Translations under genes and position numbers: made by a program
Source of the DNA: an uncultured Clostridia bacterium
Lineage (GTDB): Bacteria > Bacillota > Clostridia > TANB77 > CAG-508
Length of the DNA stretch: 64,000 nucleotides
Assembly (NCBI GenBank): GCA_963556825.1
Contig: CAUWAM010000001.1
Location: 685 to 64,684, forward strand
Direction of reading: 5' to 3'
Shown: in pieces, positions 30,776 to 40,810 of the stretch
Position numbering within the stretch: position 1 is the stretch's first letter
How the letters are laid out: every line of letters begins with the position of its first letter
Notes under the pieces: generated by a model
Databases searched by the model: none
The model's input: the letters and a program-made list of their open reading frames with translations, nothing else
Told to the model about the DNA's origin: nothing

Positions 30776-31987
30776 ATGCGTAAAATTTTATGTATTGTTT
30801 TAATCTTACTGGCTTGTTTTACAACATTTACATATACATATGCAGAAAATAAAAATAATACGGCAGATTTACAAACACAAAGAGAAGAATTACAAAATCA
30901 ATTAAATAATACAAACAATGAACTAGAAGAAGTGCAAAGCGATTTGTCTGAAAACCTAAAACAAATAGAAAAATTAGACAAAAGAATAGAAAAGGCGGAG
31001 ACACAATTAGGAGAACAAGAAAGTAAGATTACAGAATTAAAAAATTCAATTAATCAAATAGAATCTGAATTAAATACTGTTTCAGAAAAATATAATAAAC
31101 AAAAAGAATTATTTAAACAAAGATTAGTAGCTATTTATGAAGCAGGAGAAACCCGATATTTAGATATATTATTAAAATCAAGAAGTCTTTCTGATTTTTT
31201 ATCTAGTTATTATATAATAACAGAATTAGCTGAAATAGATAACAATTTAATAAATGAATTAGAAGAAAAGAAAAAAACAATAGATTTATCTAAGCAAAAA
31301 TTAGAAAAAGAAAAAAATGAGTTAGCAACAATAGTTGAAAATCAAACAAGAGTGGCAAGAACTTTACAAAATACAAAAAAAATGAGAGAAAGTTTTATAG
31401 AAAAACTTTCAGACGAAGAAAAACAATTACAAAGTAAAATAGATGAAATAAATACACAATATGAAGAAGTTAATAGACAAATTTTAGCATTAGCACAACA
31501 AGGAATAGACACACAATATATAGGTGGACAATTAGAGTGGCCAGTTCCTGGATATACTAGAATTACATCAAAATATGAAATGAGAGTACATCCAATAACA
31601 GGACAGTATAAATTACATACAGGTGTAGATATTGGTGCACCAGAAGGAGTAAATTTTGTTGCTGCAAATGATGGAATTGTTGTAAAGGCAGGAAAGAATA
31701 TAGCATATGGAAACATGGTTATAATTGATCATGGAGGAGGAATATCAACATTATATGCACACGGATCAGAGATTTTAGTAGAATTAGGACAAAGTGTAAA
31801 AAGAGGAGATACAATATTAAAAGTAGGATCAACAGGATATTCTACAGGGCCACATGCACATTTTGAAGTTAGAATAAATGGAGTAACAACAGATCCGCTA
31901 CCATATATAACAAATGGGCTAGTTCCAGGAGAGGAAAATAGCACAGATGAAAATAATAATAAAAATAGTAATAATAATGTAAATTAA
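30776..31987 (+). CDS. coiled-coil M23 family peptidoglycan endopeptidase (EnvC/PcsB-like)
   Basis: Signal peptide, ~230 aa of coiled coil, and an M23 domain (HTGVDIGAPEG.., HAHGS.., GPHAHFEV). Confidence 0.75.
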   Translation: MRKILCIVLILLACFTTFTYTYAENKNNTADLQTQREELQNQLNNTNNELEEVQSDLSENLKQIEKLDKRIEKAETQLGEQESKITELKNSINQIESELNTVSEKYNKQKELFKQRLVAIYEAGETRYLDILLKSRSLSDFLSSYYIITELAEIDNNLINELEEKKKTIDLSKQKLEKEKNELATIVENQTRVARTLQNTKKMRESFIEKLSDEEKQLQSKIDEINTQYEEVNRQILALAQQGIDTQYIGGQLEWPVPGYTRITSKYEMRVHPITGQYKLHTGVDIGAPEGVNFVAANDGIVVKAGKNIAYGNMVIIDHGGGISTLYAHGSEILVELGQSVKRGDTILKVGSTGYSTGPHAHFEVRINGVTTDPLPYITNGLVPGEENSTDENNNKNSNNNVN

Positions 31988-32003
31988 AAATTAGGAGGAA
32001 CAT

Positions 32004-33227
32004 ATGAAAAAAATATGCCAAAAAATTATAGGAATTATATTAATATTAATTTTACTAAGTATGAATATATCTACTGCTGTTACGCAAGCGGAAATAAATA
32101 ATCAAAAAAATGAACAAACAAAGATAAACAATGAAAAAGCTGAATTAGAAGAAAAGCAAAAACAAGTTGAAGCTAAAAAATCAGAAACAATGAAACAGGT
32201 AGAAAGTATAAGTTCACAAATAGATAGCTATCAATCTCAAATAAATGATTTAGATTCTCAAATAGATGATGCAAATTTAAAAATAAAAGAAGCTGAACAA
32301 AAATTGGCTGAAAATCAAGAAGAATATGAGAAAAAACAAGAAATGTTTAAACAAAGATTAGTTGCTGTTTATGAAGAAGGTGAAACTACATATTTAGATT
32401 TTTTACTAACTTCTCAAAGTTTAACTGACTTTATTTCTAACTATTATTTAGTATCTGAATTAGCAGAAATGGATGCGGAACTAATAGAAAGAATAGAAAA
32501 ACAAAAAGAAGAAATAGAAGCATCTAAAAAGCAAATAGAAGAAAGTAAACAAAAATTAACGACTGCTAAAGCAAGTAAAGAAAGTGTAGCAAATGAATTA
32601 AAAAGTGCTAAATCAGAAAAAGATAAATATGTTACACAATTATCTGTAGAAGAAAAGGAATTAGAAAAAGAAATACAAGAATTAAAACAAGCAAATGATA
32701 GAATAGCAAATGAAATAAGAATTGCTGAGGAAAAATATAAAAAACAATTAGAAGAATTACAAAATAGTTCAAATAATAATGGAAATTCATCAGGTAGTTC
32801 ATCAGGTAGTTCATCTGGATTTTTAGCACATCCAGTTTCAGGTCCAATTACTGCTAAAGCATATTATTCAAGTGGAAAATTTCATGGAGCAATAGATTAT
32901 GGAATTTCAGTAGGAACACCTGTACATGCAGCAGCAGATGGAGTTGTAATGTCAACAGCAAATTTATCAAGTAGTTATGGAACATATGTAGTAATAAGAC
33001 ATGCAAATGGATTACAAACATATTATGCTCATGGTACTTATGGTTCAATTAGTGTATCTCCTGGACAAACAGTAAAAAAAGGACAAAAAATAATGCTAAG
33101 TGGAAATACAGGTAATTCATCAGGACCACACTTACATTTTGAAGTTAGAAAATCACCTTATAGTTATAATGGATATGCAACAGGATATGGACAAGACTCA
33201 AGAGTAAATCCTTTATCATATATGTAA
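32004..33227 (+). CDS. coiled-coil M23 family peptidoglycan endopeptidase (paralogue)
   Basis: Same architecture as 30776-31987, with a SSGSSSGSSSG linker and an M23 domain (HGAIDYGISVGTPV.., GPHLHFEV). Confidence 0.75.
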   Translation: MKKICQKIIGIILILILLSMNISTAVTQAEINNQKNEQTKINNEKAELEEKQKQVEAKKSETMKQVESISSQIDSYQSQINDLDSQIDDANLKIKEAEQKLAENQEEYEKKQEMFKQRLVAVYEEGETTYLDFLLTSQSLTDFISNYYLVSELAEMDAELIERIEKQKEEIEASKKQIEESKQKLTTAKASKESVANELKSAKSEKDKYVTQLSVEEKELEKEIQELKQANDRIANEIRIAEEKYKKQLEELQNSSNNNGNSSGSSSGSSSGFLAHPVSGPITAKAYYSSGKFHGAIDYGISVGTPVHAAADGVVMSTANLSSSYGTYVVIRHANGLQTYYAHGTYGSISVSPGQTVKKGQKIMLSGNTGNSSGPHLHFEVRKSPYSYNGYATGYGQDSRVNPLSYM

Positions 33228-33332
33228 ATTAAATACATATAATAACAAAGAGCGGATAATATCCGCTCAAAATAAATTTAAGGCATATCAAATGAAGGGA
33301 GGCTATATTAGCAATTTGCTAATATAAATAAA

Positions 33333-34544
33333 ATGGATAAAGAAAGAAAAAATAAAATTTATAAAATGATAATGATTGTGACTATTGCTGTATTTGTAAC
33401 ATTTATGACTACATCAATATCATTATACACATACTTTGTAAATAACCCAATATCAATGACTTCCAAAAATTCTTCATCAAGTAGTAGAGATATAGCATCA
33501 ACACTATTAAAATATAAAGAAATAATTGATAAGTATTACTTAGGAGATGTTGATGAAGAAAAATTAAAAGAAGGAGCAATAAAAGGGTATATAGAAGGAT
33601 TAGGAGACCCTTATACAGAATATATTTCAAAAGAAGAAATGGAAGATTACTTAAGTGACACAATGGGAAATTTTGTAGGGATAGGAATTTATATGGTAAA
33701 AAATACTGAAAAAGGTAAAATACAAGTATTAGCACCAATAAAGGGAAGTCCAGCAGAAATAGCAGGAATACAAGCAGGAGACCTTATTTTAACAGTAGAT
33801 GGAGTTAGTTATAGTGCGGATGAAATGACAACAGCATCTAACAAAATTAAAGGTGAAGAAGGAACAACAGTAACCATAGAAATACTAAGAGGAACAGAAA
33901 CAAAAAAATATGAATTAAAAAGAGAAAAAGTAAAAGTAAATCAAGTAGAAGGAAAAGTACTTTCAAACAATATAGGTTACATTTACTTTACATCATTTGA
34001 TGAAACAACAGCAGAAGATTTTAAAGCAAAATTTGAAGAACTAAATAAACAAGGAATAAAATCATTAATTATAGACTTAAGAAACAATGGTGGGGGAATT
34101 GTAGATCAAGCATTACAAATAGCTGATTATATAGTAGATAAAGATTCAATATTATTATATGAAGTAGATAAAAATAATAAAGAAACAGTAAAAAAGGCAC
34201 AAATGGACCCAATTATAAATATGCCTATAATAATATTAACAAATGAAAACACAGCAAGTGCTTCAGAGATACTTGCAGGAGCTTTAAAAGATTTGGGAAA
34301 AGCAAAAATAGTTGGAACAACTACTTATGGAAAAGGTGTAATACAACAAATACTAAAACTTAGTGATGGAAGTGGATTAAAAATTACAATAGAAGAATAT
34401 CAAACACCAAATAGAAATAAGATTCATGAAATAGGAATAAAACCAGATGAGGAAGTAAAATTACCAGATTCTGTAACAAATATATTAAATGTACAAGAGT
34501 CAGAAGATACACAACTACAAAAAGCAATAGAAATGTTAAAATAA
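33333..34544 (+). CDS. ctpA: carboxyl-terminal processing protease (S41) with PDZ domain
   Basis: N-terminal TM, a PDZ region (..GSPAEIAGIQAGDLILTVDG..), and an S41 catalytic region (..TASASEILAGALKD.., GTTTYGKG). Confidence 0.8.
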   Translation: MDKERKNKIYKMIMIVTIAVFVTFMTTSISLYTYFVNNPISMTSKNSSSSSRDIASTLLKYKEIIDKYYLGDVDEEKLKEGAIKGYIEGLGDPYTEYISKEEMEDYLSDTMGNFVGIGIYMVKNTEKGKIQVLAPIKGSPAEIAGIQAGDLILTVDGVSYSADEMTTASNKIKGEEGTTVTIEILRGTETKKYELKREKVKVNQVEGKVLSNNIGYIYFTSFDETTAEDFKAKFEELNKQGIKSLIIDLRNNGGGIVDQALQIADYIVDKDSILLYEVDKNNKETVKKAQMDPIINMPIIILTNENTASASEILAGALKDLGKAKIVGTTTYGKGVIQQILKLSDGSGLKITIEEYQTPNRNKIHEIGIKPDEEVKLPDSVTNILNVQESEDTQLQKAIEMLK

Positions 34545-34559
34545 AGGAGAGAAAACGAG

Positions 34560-35153
34560 ATGAACTTAGCAAATAAATTAACAATTTTTAGAATGATATT
34601 AGTACCAATAATGGTTATAATACCATTTTTGGGAATTGACAATGAAATTTTTGGAATACCATTAAGTTTTATCATAATAGATATAATATTCATAATAGCA
34701 TCAATAACAGACAAATTAGATGGTTATATTGCAAGAAGTAGAAATCAAGTTACAACATTTGGGAAATTTTTAGATCCAATAGCAGACAAAATACTAGTGT
34801 TGGCTGCAATGATAATGTTGGTAGAATTTGGAAAACTACCAGCTTGGATACCAATTATAGTATTAGCAAGAGAATTTGTAGTATCAGGTTACAGATTAAT
34901 AGCAGTAGAAAAAGGTGGGAAAGTAGTTGCAGCATCAATATGGGGAAAATTAAAAACAGTAACGCAAATGGTAGCTATAATATTAGCATTTGTTGATATA
35001 AATGCATTTGGAACATGTTTCAATGGAAGTTTAACAGGATTTGAATTAATTTTAAATGCAATAGTTACAATAATGATGATAGCACAAACTATAGCAACAA
35101 TTTTCTCTGGGTATGAATATTTAAAAGAAGGAAAAGATTTGCTAAAAGATTAA
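34560..35153 (+). CDS. pgsA: CDP-diacylglycerol--glycerol-3-phosphate 3-phosphatidyltransferase
   Basis: CDP-alcohol phosphatidyltransferase motif DKLDGYIARSRNQVTTFGKFLDPIADK; 197 aa. Confidence 0.8.
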   Translation: MNLANKLTIFRMILVPIMVIIPFLGIDNEIFGIPLSFIIIDIIFIIASITDKLDGYIARSRNQVTTFGKFLDPIADKILVLAAMIMLVEFGKLPAWIPIIVLAREFVVSGYRLIAVEKGGKVVAASIWGKLKTVTQMVAIILAFVDINAFGTCFNGSLTGFELILNAIVTIMMIAQTIATIFSGYEYLKEGKDLLKD

Positions 35154-35232
35154 AATATGGTATAAATTACTTGACAAAACAAAAAAACTGCCGTAATATA
35201 TATATCGATACTTAAAAATGGAGGTAAAGAAC

Positions 35233-35709
35233 GTGGAAGAGAAAGACGTAATCCTTACACAAGAAGGATATGATAATTTAGATAAAGAATTAAATTATTT
35301 AAAAACAGAGAAAAGAGCTGAAATAGCAGATAGAATAAAAGTAGCATTAGGATTTGGTGACTTATCAGAAAATTCAGAATATGACGAAGCAAAAACAGCA
35401 CAAGCTGAAAACGAAGTAAAAATAGCTGAATTAGAAAACAAAATAAGACATGCAAAAATCATTGATGAAAGTGAAATTGATACAGATGTAGTCCAAATAG
35501 GAAATACTGTAAAAGTATTAGATATGGAATTCAACGAAGAAATAGAATATACAATAGTAGGTTCTACAGAAGTAGATTTAGCAGAAAACAAAATTTCAAA
35601 CGAATCACCTTTAGGTGTAGCATTATTAGGATCTAAAAAAAATCTTACAGTAGATGTAAATGCACCAGCAGGAATAATGAAATATAAAATTTTAGAAATA
35701 AAAAAATAA
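35233..35709 (+). CDS. greA: transcription elongation factor GreA
   Basis: GreA N-terminal coiled coil and C-terminal FKBP-like domain. The likely start is a GTG 8 nt after GGAGG ([14 protein letters not shown]..). The track starts at an upstream ATG inside the RBS. Confidence 0.85.
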   Translation: MEEKDVILTQEGYDNLDKELNYLKTEKRAEIADRIKVALGFGDLSENSEYDEAKTAQAENEVKIAELENKIRHAKIIDESEIDTDVVQIGNTVKVLDMEFNEEIEYTIVGSTEVDLAENKISNESPLGVALLGSKKNLTVDVNAPAGIMKYKILEIKK

Positions 35710-35715
35710 AAAAAT

Positions 35716-35762
35716 AAAAGAGATTTTAAGAAAAGTATTCTTAAAATCTCTTTTATTTTTTT
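35716..35762. terminator. bidirectional terminator between greA and deoD
   Basis: 14-bp stem aaagagattttaag / cttaaaatctcttt flanked by A- and T-runs. Confidence 0.55.
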
Positions 35763-36483
35763 ATAACAAAATTGAACTGTCTAAAGCAAGTTTAATCATA
35801 TTATTTAACCCTGTTTGTCTTTCTTCAGCAGTAGCTACTTCAGTAATAAATTTAGAATCTACAACACTCATTAAACAAGAAGCTTTTTTATTTAAAATTT
35901 TTGCATTATAAAACAAAGAAAAAGCTTCCATTTCGGCAGATATAGGATTAAAATCATTAGGAATTCTAGATAGAAAATTATTAACATCAGTCATATAAAC
36001 ATCAAAACAATCAGTACAAACAGTATTACCTTTAAATAATTTTATATCATTATTTTTTGCTGTATTTTCAATAACAGAATTTAATTCATCATTAGAATTG
36101 ATAATATGACAATTGTCGTTATTTAAAGTAAAAGCATAGTTACTTTCAGAAAAAACATTATCACTAAGAATAATATCAAATAATTTTAACTCAGGTAAAT
36201 AAGCACCACAAGAGCCAATTCTAATAATATTTTCTACGTCATAAAATTTAAATAATTCATAACTATAAATACCCATACTAGGCATTCCCATACCAGAAGC
36301 CATTACAGAAATTTCTATACCTTTATATTTTCCAGTGTAAGCAAACATTCCTCTTACAGTATTAACCAATTTGTAATCATTAAAAAAATTCTCTACAATA
36401 TATTTTGCTCTTAAAGGATCACCAGGCATTATAACAGTTTTTGCAATATCACCTTTTTGAGCTGAATTATGTGGTGTTGACAT
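35761..36483 (-). CDS. deoD: purine nucleoside phosphorylase, DeoD type
   Basis: MSTPHNSAQKGDIAKTVIMPGDPLRAKYI..GMGMPS.. closely parallels the DeoD N-terminus; 240 aa. Confidence 0.85.
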   Translation of the reverse strand: MSTPHNSAQKGDIAKTVIMPGDPLRAKYIVENFFNDYKLVNTVRGMFAYTGKYKGIEISVMASGMGMPSMGIYSYELFKFYDVENIIRIGSCGAYLPELKLFDIILSDNVFSESNYAFTLNNDNCHIINSNDELNSVIENTAKNNDIKLFKGNTVCTDCFDVYMTDVNNFLSRIPNDFNPISAEMEAFSLFYNAKILNKKASCLMSVVDSKFITEVATAEERQTGLNNMIKLALDSSILL

Positions 36484-36666
36484 ATAATAAACCTCCTAAA
36501 AATTGTTATTTATAATGTAAATTATATTTCAAAAAATAAAAAAAAACAAGTGGAAAATGTAAATAAAAATTAAAGTAAATACTATTGCAAAAAAGATGAA
36601 CTTATGATATAAAATAAATTGTAAAATTATAAATAAGCTAAACCACAAATGAACAGAGGTGAAAAA

Positions 36667-37401
36667 ATGATAAAAGCTTATGCAAAATCTGACACAGGAA
36701 AAGTCAGAGAAATAAATCAAGACTATTACTACATTTCAAATTCATTAGACGAAGTACAACTATATATACTAGCAGATGGAATGGGTGGATATAATGGAGG
36801 AGAAATAGCAAGTAAAATAGCAGTTGAAACAGCAAAAAATTATATAGAAAACAATTTTAGAGAAATAGAAAAAGATAGAGACAGTATAATCCAACTATTA
36901 GGAAGTAGTATGGAATATGCAAATATGATAGTATATGAAAAATCACAAGAACGTGAAGAACTACATGGAATGGGAACAACACTAGAAATATGTTTAATAT
37001 ATAATAACAAAGTATATATAGGACATATAGGAGATAGTAGAATTTATCGAATAAGAAAAGAATTCATAAGAAAATTAACACAAGACCATAGCTATGTTCA
37101 AAAATTAGTAAAAGAAGGAAAAATAACAAAAGAACAAGCAGAAACTCATCCACAAAAAAATATGTTAACGAGAGCACTAGGATGTAATGCGTTTGTAGAG
37201 CCTGATGTTATGGTAAAAGGATTTCTAAAAGAAGACATTTTAGTTATGTGCTCAGACGGATTAACAAATATGGTAAAAACAGACATAATATATAAAGAAG
37301 CAAGTAAAAATATAGAACAAGCGCCAAAAGAATTAGTAAAAATTGCAAACGAGAATGGCGGAAAAGATAATATAACAGTTGTTATAATAAAAAATATATA
37401 G
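36667..37401 (+). CDS. stp: PP2C-family Ser/Thr phosphatase (Stp/PrpC)
   Basis: MIKAYAKSDTGKVREINQDYY.., ..LADGMGGYNGGEIAS... RBS gaggtg. The track start is 6 codons upstream. Confidence 0.85.
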   Translation: MIKAYAKSDTGKVREINQDYYYISNSLDEVQLYILADGMGGYNGGEIASKIAVETAKNYIENNFREIEKDRDSIIQLLGSSMEYANMIVYEKSQEREELHGMGTTLEICLIYNNKVYIGHIGDSRIYRIRKEFIRKLTQDHSYVQKLVKEGKITKEQAETHPQKNMLTRALGCNAFVEPDVMVKGFLKEDILVMCSDGLTNMVKTDIIYKEASKNIEQAPKELVKIANENGGKDNITVVIIKNI

Positions 37402-37474
37402 CGGTCCACATATAAGACTTATTATTATAAATATAAAAATTTATAATAAAAGAAGCGAAAAGGAGAGATTAAAT

Positions 37475-39457
37475 ATGAATTTAGAAGGTAAAGTATTAGG
37501 TGGCAGATACGAAATAATAAATAAAATCGGAAATGGAGGAATGGCAACAGTATATAGAGCAACTGATTTGGTTTTAAAAAGATATGTTGCTGTAAAAATA
37601 CTTAGGGATGAATTTACAACTGATGAAGAATTTATTAGAAGATTTGAAACAGAAGCACAATCAGCAGCTAGATTAACACATCCTAACATAGTTTCAATAT
37701 ATGATGTCGGAGTAGATAGTGGAGTATATTATATAGTTATGGAACTAATACAAGGAAAAACTTTAAAAGAAATAATAGTAGAAGAAAAAGGTCCATTACC
37801 TTGGAAATGGTCTGTAAATGTAGCTATTCAAATTGGTTCTGCATTAGAAATGGCACACAAAAATAATATTATACATAGAGATATAAAACCACATAACATT
37901 ATAATAACAGAAGATGGAATAGCAAAAGTAACAGATTTTGGAATAGCAAAAGCTGTATCGAATTCAACAATAACAGCATTTGGAACAACAATAGGTTCTG
38001 TACATTATTTCTCACCAGAACATGCAAGAGGTGGATATACAGATGCCAAATCAGATTTATATTCTCTTGGAGTAGTAATGTATGAAATGGTAACAGGAAA
38101 AGTACCATTTGATGCAGATACACCAGTATCAGTAGCATTAAAACATATGCAAGAAGAACCAGTATCACCGATAGAAGAAAATCCAAATTTACCAGAAGCT
38201 GTTAATAAAATAATAATGAAAGCATTAAAAAAAGATCCAATGCTTAGATATCAAACAGCAACAGAAATGTTACAAGATTTAAAAATGGCACTAAAAAATC
38301 CATCAGGAGATTTTGTAGAAGAAGTAGATTATGATGAAACAGCAAGAACACAAAAAATATCAACAAATATGTATGAAAAACAATCAAGAAATACAAGAAA
38401 AAAAGATAATAAATTTGTTGCTTTTATAAAGAGCCACCCAAAACTAAGTGTATTTTTAGGAATTATAATTTTATTCTTCTTAGCATTTGGTGGAACAACA
38501 TTAATACTAAACGTGACAAATCCTAAAGAAGTACAATTGCCAAATGTTGTAGGTTTATCACAAATAGAAGCAAAACAAAAAATAGAAGAAGCAAAATTAA
38601 AATATGAAGTATCATCAGAGGAATATAATACAGAAGTAGAAAAAGACCATATAATCAGCCAAGATCCAACTTATTCAGAAAAATATAATAATGTAAAAGA
38701 AGGCAGTACAGTTAAAGTTATAGTAAGCAAAGGAACAGAAAAAACAAAAGTTCCTAAAGTGGCTGGAATGAAAGAAGAAGAAGCTATAAAGGCATTAGAA
38801 GAAGCTAAACTAAAAGCAGAAGTTATAGAAGAAACAAGTAAAAAAATTGAAGAGGGTTATGTAATTAGTCAAGAAACAGAAGCGAATACAGAAGCAAATG
38901 CTGGAGATACAGTGAAAATACATGTAAGCACAGGAACAGAAAAAGTTACAGTACCATATATTGTTGGTAAAAAACAAGATGAAGCAAAAAAAGAACTAGA
39001 AAATGCTGGATTAACAGTAACAATAACAAATGAAGAAGATAGTTCGAAAGATACAGGAGTTGTATTAAAACAAAGTGTAGATTCTGGAAAAGTAGTTGAT
39101 AAAGGATCAGCAATAACAATAACTGTAAATAGCTTTGAAGCAAGCAAAACGATTTCTATAAATATAGACGTAAAGGCAATAACAGGTGGCTATACAGAAA
39201 ATAAACCAAGTAATGTAGCAAATTCAACAAACACAACAAATGATATTGTAAAAACAGTAAGTATAGAAATAACATCAGAAGGAAAAACATTATGGTCAGA
39301 CTCTGGAGTTGATAAAAATACAACTAATAAAACAGCAACAATAACAGGAAAAGGTTCAATGGTTATAACATTAACAATAAAAGATTCAAATGGTATGAAT
39401 AAAGTGAGAACTAAAACTGTAAACTTTAATAATGATAAAACTGTAAGTTTTAATTAA
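37475..39457 (+). CDS. prkC: Ser/Thr protein kinase PrkC with PASTA repeats
   Basis: Hanks kinase domain (HRDIKPHNII, DFGIAK), a TM segment, three PASTA-like repeats, and an extra ~110-aa C-terminal domain; 660 aa. Confidence 0.85.
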   Translation: MNLEGKVLGGRYEIINKIGNGGMATVYRATDLVLKRYVAVKILRDEFTTDEEFIRRFETEAQSAARLTHPNIVSIYDVGVDSGVYYIVMELIQGKTLKEIIVEEKGPLPWKWSVNVAIQIGSALEMAHKNNIIHRDIKPHNIIITEDGIAKVTDFGIAKAVSNSTITAFGTTIGSVHYFSPEHARGGYTDAKSDLYSLGVVMYEMVTGKVPFDADTPVSVALKHMQEEPVSPIEENPNLPEAVNKIIMKALKKDPMLRYQTATEMLQDLKMALKNPSGDFVEEVDYDETARTQKISTNMYEKQSRNTRKKDNKFVAFIKSHPKLSVFLGIIILFFLAFGGTTLILNVTNPKEVQLPNVVGLSQIEAKQKIEEAKLKYEVSSEEYNTEVEKDHIISQDPTYSEKYNNVKEGSTVKVIVSKGTEKTKVPKVAGMKEEEAIKALEEAKLKAEVIEETSKKIEEGYVISQETEANTEANAGDTVKIHVSTGTEKVTVPYIVGKKQDEAKKELENAGLTVTITNEEDSSKDTGVVLKQSVDSGKVVDKGSAITITVNSFEASKTISINIDVKAITGGYTENKPSNVANSTNTTNDIVKTVSIEITSEGKTLWSDSGVDKNTTNKTATITGKGSMVITLTIKDSNGMNKVRTKTVNFNNDKTVSFN

Positions 39458-39468
39458 TAATACAAAAT

Positions 39469-39497
39469 TTGACAAAGGGAACATAAAGTAGTATAAT
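39469..39497 (+). promoter_or_regulatory. consensus sigma-A promoter
   Basis: TTGACA, exactly 17 nt spacer, TATAAT, immediately after prkC. Confidence 0.55.
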
Positions 39498-39528
39498 GAA
39501 TTTATCACAAATATGGAGGTACATTATA

Positions 39529-39822
39529 ATGGAAAAAGAATCAATTGATTTTTCTAATACTTTATCAAAACGAAAAGTATATCGGAAAAGAACGATAGGT
39601 ATGAGTTTTGAAATACTTTCTGATGTCGCATTGACAAGGAAAGAAATAAGAAAAATTGCTTTTATAATTCGTAATGGAGTTAGGCTTGGATGTTCAGAAA
39701 ATATAATTTCACGAGATATTATAAAAACAATTCAAAAAACTTCAAAAGATGTTGCCGTAGCGACGGTTATGAGTGGTAATGGCAAAAGTTGGATAGTTGA
39801 ATTAGAAAGTGAACGCTATTAA
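39529..39822 (+). CDS. hypothetical protein (97 aa) with its own promoter and terminator
   Basis: ATG 8 nt after GGAGG. No family recognised (MEKESIDFSNTLSKRKVYRKRTIGMSFEIL..). Slightly higher GC than neighbouring genes. Confidence 0.45.
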   Translation: MEKESIDFSNTLSKRKVYRKRTIGMSFEILSDVALTRKEIRKIAFIIRNGVRLGCSENIISRDIIKTIQKTSKDVAVATVMSGNGKSWIVELESERY

Positions 39823-39835
39823 TAACTATTCATAG

Positions 39836-39875
39836 GGAGATTTGCAAAAAAGCAAGTTTCCCATTTTTTATTTTG
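39836..39875 (+). terminator. intrinsic terminator
   Basis: 11-bp stem gggagatttgc / gcaagtttccc (2 G-U pairs) followed by T6. Confidence 0.55.
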
Positions 39876-39928
39876 CATTTATAAAAAAATTATGGTAAAA
39901 TAACTAAAGTTAAATATTTGGAGGGAAA

Positions 39929-40810
39929 ATGCAAGGATTAATAATAGAAAATATATCAAATTTATATAGAATAAAACTGAAAAATAAAATATATGAAGCA
40001 ACACCAAGAGGAAAATTGAAAAAAGAAGAAATATCTCCAGTAGTAGGTGACAAAGTAAAAATAAGTATATTAAACGAAGAAGAAAAAAAGGCAGTAATAG
40101 AACAAATTTTGCCAAGAGAAAATTATATAAAAAGACCTAAAATGAGTAATTTAACACAAATAATACTGGTAATATCTTGTAAAAATCCAAAACCAGATTT
40201 ACTACTATTAGATAAGCAACTTGCATTTGCAGAATTTTTAAAAATAAAACCAGTTATAGTATTAAATAAGTCGGATTTAGATAAAAAGAAAGAATTTGAA
40301 CAAATAAAGGAAGTATATTCAAAAATAGGATATACTGTAATCGAAACAGATGCAAAAAAATCAAAAGGTATAGAATTACTTAAAAATATATTAAAAAACA
40401 ATATAAACGCATTTTCAGGCAATTCCGGAGTAGGTAAATCAACATTAATAAATGCGATTTTTGAAAAAGAGCAAACTCAAGAAGGAGAAATAAGTCAAAG
40501 AAATAAAAGAGGAAAAAATACAACAACATCAATAAAATTATATGAAATAGATGAAAACACATATATAGCAGATACACCTGGATTTTCTACATTTGATATA
40601 TCAGAAATCCAGTATACAGAATTAGATAAAGTTTTTAAAGAATTTAAACAAGAAATTTCAAATTGTGAATTTGTTGGTTGCACACATATCAAAGAACAAA
40701 ATTGCGGAATAAAAAATGCTATAGAAAATAAGAAAATTAATCAATTTAGATATGACAGATATTGCAAAATTTATGAAGAATTAAAAGAAAAGGAGAAGAG
40801 AAAATGGTAG
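39929..40810 (+). CDS. rsgA: ribosome small-subunit-dependent GTPase A
   Basis: OB-fold N-terminus, a circularly permuted GTPase (NKSDL..GNSGVGKSTLIN), and a C-terminal Zn-finger Cys motif; 293 aa. Confidence 0.85.
   Translation: MQGLIIENISNLYRIKLKNKIYEATPRGKLKKEEISPVVGDKVKISILNEEEKKAVIEQILPRENYIKRPKMSNLTQIILVISCKNPKPDLLLLDKQLAFAEFLKIKPVIVLNKSDLDKKKEFEQIKEVYSKIGYTVIETDAKKSKGIELLKNILKNNINAFSGNSGVGKSTLINAIFEKEQTQEGEISQRNKRGKNTTTSIKLYEIDENTYIADTPGFSTFDISEIQYTELDKVFKEFKQEISNCEFVGCTHIKEQNCGIKNAIENKKINQFRYDRYCKIYEELKEKEKRKW

Noticed and set aside
33250-33268. Perfect 8-bp GC-rich hairpin gagcggat-aat-atccgctc after the second M23 gene as a terminator.
   Set aside because: It is followed by an A-rich rather than U-rich tract. 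It may be a processing or stability hairpin or a weak terminator, so it is not called.
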